Of a stretch of 64,000 nucleotides of DNA, positions 52,024-64,000 are shown piece by piece; positions within the stretch are counted from its first letter, which is position 1; every line of letters begins with the position of its first letter. A program made the translations under genes and the position numbers. This stretch comes from the human T2T-CHM13v2.0 reference genome, Homo sapiens: NCBI RefSeq assembly GCF_009914755.1, contig NC_060930.1; one strand, 5' to 3'. The notes under the pieces were generated by a model. The model had not been told where the DNA came from, did no database searches, and was given only the letters and a program-made list of their open reading frames with translations.

Positions 52024-53743
52024 TGATCCGCCTGCCTCGGCCTCCCAAAGTGCTGGGATTACAGGCGTGAGCCACCGTGCCCGGCCCACTTGTTGTTTCT
52101 GTCAGTCTGTCTTTTAGTTGGGATTTTAACTTATTTACATTAATAAAATTACTGATACATTTGGATTTAAATCCTCCTTCTTGTTTCCTCTTTGTCCCAA
52201 CTGTTCTGTGTTTCTTTTTCTTCCCCCTTTGCCTTCTTCTAGGTTAGTTATTTTTGGTATCATAGTTCCCTTCTGTCTTGGTTTTACGTAATTTTACTAT
52301 TCTTTTAGTGGTTACCCTTGCTATCAATAGATTAGTACTTTTGGCTGGGCATGGTTGCTCATGCCTGTATTCCCAGCCCTTTGGGAGGCCAAAGCTGGAG
52401 GATCACTTCAGTCTGGGAGTTCGAGACCAGCCTGGGCAACATAGGGAAACCTATGAGCCCAGTGTGGTGGTGCAGGCTTGTTTTCCCAGCTACTTAGGAG
52501 GCTGAGGTGAAAGGATCCCTTGAGCTCAGGAGATAGAGGCTGCAGTAAGCTGTGATTGTACCACTGTAGTCCATCCTGGGTGACAGAGTGAGACCCTGTC
52601 TCAAAAAATGAATTTAAAAAATAAAAATAAATAAATTTGTACTTTTATCACTTCCCAAACAATGCAAGAACCTTAGAACACTTAAATTCCATTTATTCCC
52701 TTTTTGCCTTTGGGTTATTATTATATATTTTAACTCTTTGTGTTCTTAAACCCCATGTGACATAATTATTGTTTTATGTAGTCCAATATTCATGTGTGTT
52801 TACCATCATAGTTACCTTTTTCATTGCTCTTTATTCCTTCCTATCTGTGCTCCACTCTATATCATTTGGTTGGAATTTCAAGTTCCAAAATTCTTTCTTC
52901 TATCCCTATTTCTCTGCACATTCTGCAACTCCTGCCTTGCCCTCACACACATGCATTGTGCCCTGGTTGTCATTTTCCTTCGGCCTAAAGAATTCCCTTT
53001 GGTATTTCTTTCAGTACAGGTTTGTTAGCAGTGAATGGTCTGAGGTTTTATTTGTCTGAAAACATCTCTTTGCCTTCATTTTAGAAGGCTATTTTTGCTG
53101 GCTGTGGAAGCATAGCTTAGCATTTTTGTTTTAACATTTAAACACTTCATTTTCTCCCCTGCTGGGTGAGACTGCCAGACACTTTGTCGAGCTTTTTTGC
53201 CTCCTAGTCGTTGCTTTCTACTCAGCTTTTCAACCTCTCCACCTGTTCTGTCTGGGAGTTGGCAAATGCCTTTGGGGGAAGAAATCACATAGGATATTGT
53301 ACTCACCTCAGGGAGCTCTTTTCTTGGCCCTTCAAGTGCTGGCTGTCTTTAGCTTCTGATGCCTCTACACAGATGTAGGTTTTGTGTGTATGTGTGGGTG
53401 TGTATTTTTTACATCTTTTCTAGCAGTTCTTTGCAAGTGGTTCATTGCAAGAGGGTTGGTGTGCTGCAAGCTGATCCATGGTAGCTAAGAAAGGAAGTGC
53501 TAGTACTACTGAAATAATAATTCTTTTGTTGTTGTATTCACTGGGAATTGGACGTGGAATACAGCCTGTCTCCTCTCTTATGGCCATCTTTTAGTCATCC
53601 CAGTCATTGCACTGAGTTTGTTTCTATGATAACTGAAATAAATGCTCATCTTATCCAGTTACAGCAAGAATCTTCAAAACATTAAATGCAGCAACAACAA
53701 CAAATCTTCTTTAATTCTTTAAAGAAACTTTTTCTTTAGTTGG

Positions 53744-54486
53744 TGTATTTGTTTATTGCTGCATAACAGTTTAACCCAGAAATCAGTGGCCTAAGACAAT
53801 ATTTATTATTTCATAGTTTCTGTAGGTCGAGAATCTGAGCTTGGCTTAGCAGGGTCCTGTGGTTCTCAAAAGGCTGCCATCACGTCAGGGCTCAGCTGGG
53901 AAAAATCTGCTTCCCAGCTCACTCATGTGGTTGTTGGCAGGAGTCAGTTCCTTCTGAGCTCTTGAACTGAGGCCTCAGTTCCTCACCAGATGTTGGTTGA
54001 AGGTCTTCCTCAGTTCCTTGTCACACGAAGCTCCCCATAGAGCATCTCACAACGTGGCAACTAGCTTCATCGAGAGGACAAGAGAGACTGCCAGTAAGAA
54101 AAAGAGTACTAGCAAGACAGAAGTCATAGCCATTAATAATCTAATTGTGGCAGTAACATTCCATCACTTGGGCTATGCTCTGTTTGTTAGAAACGAGTCA
54201 CTAGGCTGTGTGCATTGGCTCATGCCTGTAATCCCAGCTATTTGGGAGGCTAAGGCTGGAGGATCACTTGAGGCCAGGAGTTCAAGACCAGCCTAGGCAA
54301 GATAGCAAGGCTGTCTCTTTCAAAAGAACAAAAAAAGAAAAAAAAATCATTCATAGATCGATAGATAGATAGGTAACTAACTGACTAGTCACTAGGTCCA
54401 GCCCACTTGAGGGAGGAATTGCAGAAATGTCTGACTCCTTAGAGGCAAGGGTCATTGAGGGGCATTTTTGAAAGCCGCCTACCACA
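53744..54486. mobile_element. MLT1-type MaLR solo LTR with a FLAM insertion
   Basis: tgtat...ttattgctgcataac start, gcctaccaca end. Confidence 0.7.
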
Positions 54487-54550
54487 GTAAGGAAGTCAAT
54501 ATGAAGGGCTTTGTTGTTTTTTATTTAATTTTATGCTGTATTAGAGGTAC

Positions 54551-54908
54551 TGTATGAGGCTCTTCTCACATTGCTATAAAGAAATACCTGAGACTGGGTA
54601 ATTTATAAAGAAAAGAGGTTTAATTGGCTCATGGTTCTGCAGGCTGTACAGGAAGCATGGCACCAGCATCTGCTCAGCTTCTAAGGAGGCGTCAGGAAGC
54701 TTTTACTCATGGTGGAAGGCAAAGGGGGAGCCAGTATCTCACATGGCAGAGCAGGAGCAAGAGAGAGCAAGAGTGGCAGTGGGGTGCCGTAACCCCAAGC
54801 CATGAGGGATCTGCCCCCATGGCCCAAACATCTCCCACCAGGCCCCGCCTCCAACATTGGGAATTACATCTCAACATGAGATTTGCGGGGAACATCCAAA
54901 CTATATCA
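54551..54908. mobile_element. MST-type MaLR solo LTR
   Basis: cattgctataaagaaatacctgagactggg...catccaaactatatca. Confidence 0.82.
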
Positions 54909-55975
54909 GGTACCAAATTTGCAGGCTGAAGAATTGCCACTTGGGTGTATTTTTATGACTGCATTTTCTCACCCATTGAGTCTCCTGTACCTTAGTCTTT
55001 GGGCTTACGGACATGCTGACACAGCGCCTGCTGTTCCACGAAGGAGACCCACGGGTGGTAATGGTCAGTTAAAACACGGGGATGGACCATGAGAGAGGGG
55101 GTACCTTTGACAGTGGTGCTTTTCAAAGGGCATGAAGGATTAGGCACACTAGAGAGAGGAGCAGCGAGGGGCCAGATGAGGAGCCTGAGGAGGACCAGTG
55201 AGAGGACCGGGAACTTCACAGAAGTGCCACTAAAGGTGTGTGAGCAGGAGGCTGTGGACTGAAAACCACGTCACAGTGAGACGAGCTTGGCATGTTGTCT
55301 GAATGGTTTGGCGGCGGGGACTAAAGCAGGGGAGAATAGGTAGGTATATCTTGTAATAGTAAGTAGTTAATGAACTAGATATTGAGATATTCCAGACAAA
55401 GGAAGTAGCCCTATAGATGCACAGAATCAGACTAAACAGCTGGGTGTGCATTCAGATTGTATATCTGGATTCCTGTTTGGCAAAAATCTTCAGATTATTT
55501 GAGGGATAGAAATAAAATGCTCCATCTGTGACAGGTGCATTGGTGTATGTTGTTTTATCTTTTTCGATAGCACTTCTACCTTAATAGAGTAGCCGTTGGC
55601 TCTGTAAACCAGCTGCAGCTACTACACCCCGTTTCTACTGGAGCAGGAGTAGAGGTTTCCTAGCTAGAGAAGAACGTGGACAATAGCTAGTCCTACCCCA
55701 TTATCGATTACCAGAGAGAAATGACAGGCCTCCCCCACCCTCTTTCCCCATTCCTGCTCTCTCTAATAGTAATGAGTCACTAATCGGGGAAAGGATTGAT
55801 TAAAAAACTCAATGTTCTTACTGCTTGGGCATCTTCTCTCACAGGATTTTGTGGATGGATGAATGTATGTGCTTATTATGTTAAAACGTGGGATTGGCTG
55901 TATCTTCTGGCTGGCTTTATAGTTGTGCCATGTTGGTTCCTCATGGCCAACCTGTATAAAAGAATAGGAAAGATG

Positions 55976-56311
<336 letters not shown>

Positions 56312-56555
56312 TCATACAAAGTCTAAAGATCAACACATTTTACCCTTTCAAATGAGTGTAAGCAGTCATAAAGATTTGTCAGATTGTCTTTGTTTTTAAT
56401 AAATCTGAAACAGCATTGAGGTCAGGGATGAAGAAAGCCAAAGAAATGGGTTTTCAACTGTCTTGTTCCATGTAAATGTCATCAAAATAATCACACTCAC
56501 TCACAGATTTGGTGGTAATCTTTGTTCAAAGGTGTCACTACTTTTTTTTTTATAG

Positions 56556-56707
56556 TGAAGAATGAAAATCTTGAAAATTTGGAGGAAAAAGAATATTTTG
56601 GAATTGTCAGTGTAAGGATTTTAGTTCATGAGTGGCCTATGACATCTGGTTCCAGTTTGCAACTAATTGTCATTCAAGAAGAGGTAGTAGAGATTGATGG
56701 AAAACAA
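56556..56707 (+). CDS. GINM1: GINM1 exon 4 (152 nt; [51 protein letters not shown])
   Basis: Poly-T acceptor, CAA|gtaaga donor; within ORF 56522..56716. Confidence 0.93.
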
Positions 56708-57099
56708 GTAAGATAGTATGTTTATTAATTGGGAATTAAATGATATTTAGATTTGTGCTAGATATTATGCATGTGTTCAGTTATTTTATTTGTTTCCGAC
56801 TTGATAAGGAAGGTGCCTAATGTTGCCTATATCCAATTATTTAGAATTTTTGTATATTTATTTTAGCATTTGAAATGTATTTTTAAAATTTCCCATATTC
56901 ATACATGTTTGTATCACTTTAAAATGTACAGACATTATTAAATATAAAGTAAGCAAAGAGATTCAATTTGGCTCATAGTTCTGCTACCATTTCCTCTATG
57001 GTAAATGAAGTCTCTGTGTGTAAATGAAGTAGAATCGAGATTAAGCTTATAATAGTAAGTGTTAAAGCAGGACAGGAATATTATTAAAGTTGCAAGTTA

Positions 57100-57442
<343 letters not shown>

Positions 57443-57565
57443 GAGTAATTGTCTGAATAGGACACATGTTTTAGTTATATAAATCTGGGAGGAAAATTTG
57501 CTTTTAAATTTTTATGGGGCTGTGCTACTATTTAAAATAAAGAATAATTATATTTTCTTTCACAG

Positions 57566-57722
57566 GTTCAGCAAAAGGATGTCACTGAAATTGATATTTT
57601 AGTTAAGAACCGGGGAGTACTCAGACATTCAAACTATACCCTCCCTTTGGAAGAAAGCATGCTCTACTCTATTTCTCGAGACAGTGACATTTTATTTACC
57701 CTTCCTAACCTCTCCAAAAAAG
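57566..57722 (+). CDS. GINM1: GINM1 exon 5 (157 nt; [52 protein letters not shown])
   Basis: ttttctttcacag acceptor, AAG|gtaact donor; NYT and NLS sequons. Confidence 0.93.
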
Positions 57723-58324
57723 GTAACTTAAAAGACCATTATTTAAAGTATTAAGGAGATTATTTATTTAGTTGGTAGCTTTATATACTCTTGAACTTTG
57801 TTATTTTTTACACTATTTGCAAAAGTTGCTATTTATCTTTAATAGTTAATATGTTTGGAAATGAGCTTGTTTAAAAAAATGCTTCATAACATGTATTGCT
57901 TCATATGTCCATTTAAGGACTTTAGGACTCTATTTGGAGCATTAGTAGAATGTGATCAGTGCTGGTTGCATAGTGACATTTTTCAGTAATTACTCTTACT
58001 CTGGGTACTGATCACAAAATATGTAATAAGACTATTGTAAAGGTTCATTCAGAGGAAGAACTATTCATTTTTTCACAGAAACATAGAACTTCTAAAATTT
58101 TGGCTTTCTATGTGACAGAATCATAACTGCTTTAGCTCCTTATACGTGTCTTAGTTTATAGTTCTCTTCTGACATTTAAATCAGTGAACATTCAGATGTG
58201 TTAATTTTTTCTCCCATGGTAAAATATGTGTTCTTACTATCCTAAATGCTATTGGTATCGTAATCTTAGGACTAGTAGGATAAGACACCAGCATTTTGGT
58301 AACGTTGCTCTTTCTCCTGGGTAG

Positions 58325-58455
58325 AAAGTGTTAGTTCACTGCAAACCACTAGCCAGTATCTTATCAGGAATGTGGAAACCACTGTAGATGAAGATGTTTT
58401 ACCTGGCAAGTTACCTGAAACTCCTCTCAGAGCAGAGCCGCCATCTTCATATAAG
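58325..58455 (+). CDS. GINM1: GINM1 exon 6 (131 nt; [44 protein letters not shown])
   Basis: ctttctcctgggtag acceptor, AAG|gtaaat donor; frame continuous. Confidence 0.92.
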
Positions 58456-58896
58456 GTAAATCAAGTATTTGGTGTTATCATAAGCATTCATGGTTAAGAT
58501 GAAGAAAATCGACCCTAGCATTTAAAATGGAGTGGAAATCCTGAAGAATGGAACTGTAGAGCATTGGTGATAATGGACTCATCTTGGTCTTAATGTGATA
58601 TTTTTAGTATTCCTATTTTCCTCTTCGAGCTTTGTTTAATAATATTGTAGTCAGATCATGATTATCAAGGTGCTGGATTTCATTTGGTTGGAATTATAAA
58701 TTCCACAGTTATTTCTCATATCCAGATTTCTGTGTTTATTCTGTACCCGCTACCTCGCATACACACATATGCATTGTGCCCCCAGGATCTTGCCCAGTGA
58801 TTCAGCTCAGGTGGTTGAGAATATACTTCCTAGAGTCAGCCTGCCCAGGCTTGAAACCTGGTTCTGCCGCTGACTAGTTGTGTGATCTTGAACAAA

Positions 58897-59233
<337 letters not shown>

Positions 59234-60171
59234 TAATCTCTCTACCCTCAGTTTCTTTATCTGTACAATGGGGCACCCACTTAATCTGAATAGCAGTGTA
59301 AAGTAGTATCTCATGAAGTTGTTACAAGGATTAAATAAGTTGGGTACTACATATAAATATGCATTGGCACCTACTAATTTCTCAGATGTTACCTGTGACA
59401 TTTATACTGCTTACCAGGAATATATTCATGGGTTCAGAGAGTATCCCGATATCTCTCTGTATATTAAGTAGACTCCTACCCAAAATTCATTTTAAATGAG
59501 CAGGGTCTATGGTTGGTATTAAAGGAGTAGTAGTTCTCACTGAAGGTCAGGCTTGCATATTTGAGGTCACTTCAGCAGTCTGGACTGTAGCACCTTTACC
59601 CTGTCTACCTCACCTCCCTTAGCAGCTCAGCCCCAGAGCAGACTGTCTTCATAGTCCGTGCCATCAGTGCCGACCTTAAGTTCTGCTCTCGCTCTTAAAG
59701 TATAGAAACATGTTTTGTACACAGTGAACTTCCCATGTATTCTAAAATTTTCTAATATGTTTGTCTTTCTCTTCCTTCTCTTGTGCTCTAGGTACTGGAA
59801 ACAGTTGACTCTGCTCCATTTCGTTTATAATGGACTAGCCTAACGAATCTCTTGTCAATTAGCAATTATTTTCACTTGATTTGTAGTTAGAAAACAATAT
59901 AAATAATTTTACAGGCTATTAACATTTTTGTGCTTGTATTGTTAGAACATAATTTTTAAAGTTGTAAGTAACTTCATTGAGGTACATTCTAAAATAAAAT
60001 CACCATTTAAAATATACAATTAGTTTTGACAAATGTAGTCACCCATGTAACTACCAGCACAATCAAAATATAGAATATTTTTATCATCCCAAAGCTAAAA
60101 CATTAAAAAATTTAAAGTTTATTCTTAGAGATTGATGCAACTTGCATATCTAATCGAAATTCCTTTTTCAG

Positions 60172-60335
60172 GTAATGTGTCAGTGGATGGAAAAGTTTAG
60201 AAAAGATCTGTGTAGGTTCTGGAGCAACGTTTTCCCAGTATTCTTTCAGTTTTTGAACATCATGGTGGTTGGAATTACAGGAGCAGCTGTGGTAATAACC
60301 ATCTTAAAGGTGTTTTTCCCAGTTTCTGAATACAA
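60172..60335 (+). CDS. GINM1: GINM1 exon 7 (164 nt; [54 protein letters not shown]), transmembrane helix; final exon beyond window
   Basis: cctttttcag acceptor, CAA|gtaagt donor; long hydrophobic segment. Confidence 0.93.
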
Positions 60336-60781
60336 GTAAGTATTTCTTATTTTTGAAATGTTAGTATTTTTAATGATTAAAAAGTGAGACATATTTGCTA
60401 TGTTTTAGAATAGAAAATATAAAAATTAGAAAGGGTAAGACAAATGGGAGGGAAAATAACACCTACTGTTTTTCTAGCTCATCTTCCAATGTTAGCAAAA
60501 TTGAAACACATTTATTGAATAGCTATTGTGATCAAGACATTCTTGGAGAGATTCAGATGTAAGTAAGACAAACTCTGCTAAGAACTTAAAATCTAGTAGC
60601 AGAGGAAGGAAACAAATACATGTAATGGAAAATGCAACTGTATGATCAGAGGTGAACAAAACCCGAGGACTTCATGATGTATTTTCAACCCCAGAGTATC
60701 AGTTTAAAATGTAGTTAATTTCAGTAGACAAGCAGGATATTCATTGCAGCATTGTTTGTAATAGAAAATAAAAGCAAAATA

Positions 60782-63625
<2,844 letters not shown>

Positions 63626-63790
63626 AATTTTGTTCTTAAATTACTAATTTAAGAAATACTAATGGGATGTGAGTGCCTATAGAGCACTACACAATACCTC
63701 ATATCTTGGCATCAGACTGGAAATTGGCATCCTCATTTCTTGTTCAGTGTTAGTTTTGTACAGTATTTGCTTTTTATCATAGTAACCACC

Positions 63791-64000
63791 TGTGTTAAGC
63801 CATTTTGTGTTGCTTATAAAGTAATACCTGGGCTGGTTACTTTATAAAGAAAAGAGGTTATTTATTTAGCTCATGGTTCTGCAAGAACCGTGTAGGCTGT
63901 ACAAGAAGCATGGTGCTGCCATCAGCTGGGCTTCTGGTGAGGTCCTCAGGCTGCTTCCACTCAGCAGCTTCGCAAGGCAAAGCATGTGCAGAGATCACAT
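63791..64000. mobile_element. MST-type MaLR LTR, runs past window end
   Basis: tgtgttaagccatttt...ctttataaagaaaagagg..tttagctcatggttctg. Confidence 0.72.

Noticed and set aside
57613-57620. GGGAGTAC in exon 5 also present in the 46-nt inverted-repeat arm
   Set aside because: An 8-nt match is too short to distinguish from chance
60165-60177. cag|GTAATG at the start of exon 7 resembling a recursive splice site
   Set aside because: Flanking introns are short and exons commonly begin with GT; no further support

Overview
Primate (very probably human) Alu-dense genomic DNA holding two divergently transcribed spliced genes, each with its own CpG island. PPIL4 (cyclophilin-RRM protein, minus strand) has coding exons 1-9 at 23717 down to 2854, and the rest lies left of the window. 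GINM1 (glycosylated type I membrane protein, plus strand) has coding exons 1-7 at 44156-60335, and its last exon lies right of the window. I assembled the exons by hand from GT-AG sites with continuous reading frames. Nearly all ORFs in the supplied track are Alu, L1, ERV or GC-rich artefacts. Repeats include dozens of Alus, a Tigger1 broken by Alus, an LTR-less ERV1 pol-env fragment joined to L1, two tandem L1 3' segments, MaLR LTRs and MER elements. The most striking unexplained signal is a 46-nt non-Alu sequence duplicated in inverted orientation (57097-57142 and 59191-59236). It extends an inverted Alu pair that brackets GINM1 exons 5-6, a 288-nt stop-free phase 0-0 module suited to back-splicing or in-frame skipping. 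Several candidate unannotated poison or alternative exons are also noted. No novel multi-gene system is evident. Repeat boundaries and subfamily names come from recall of consensus sequences and are approximate.
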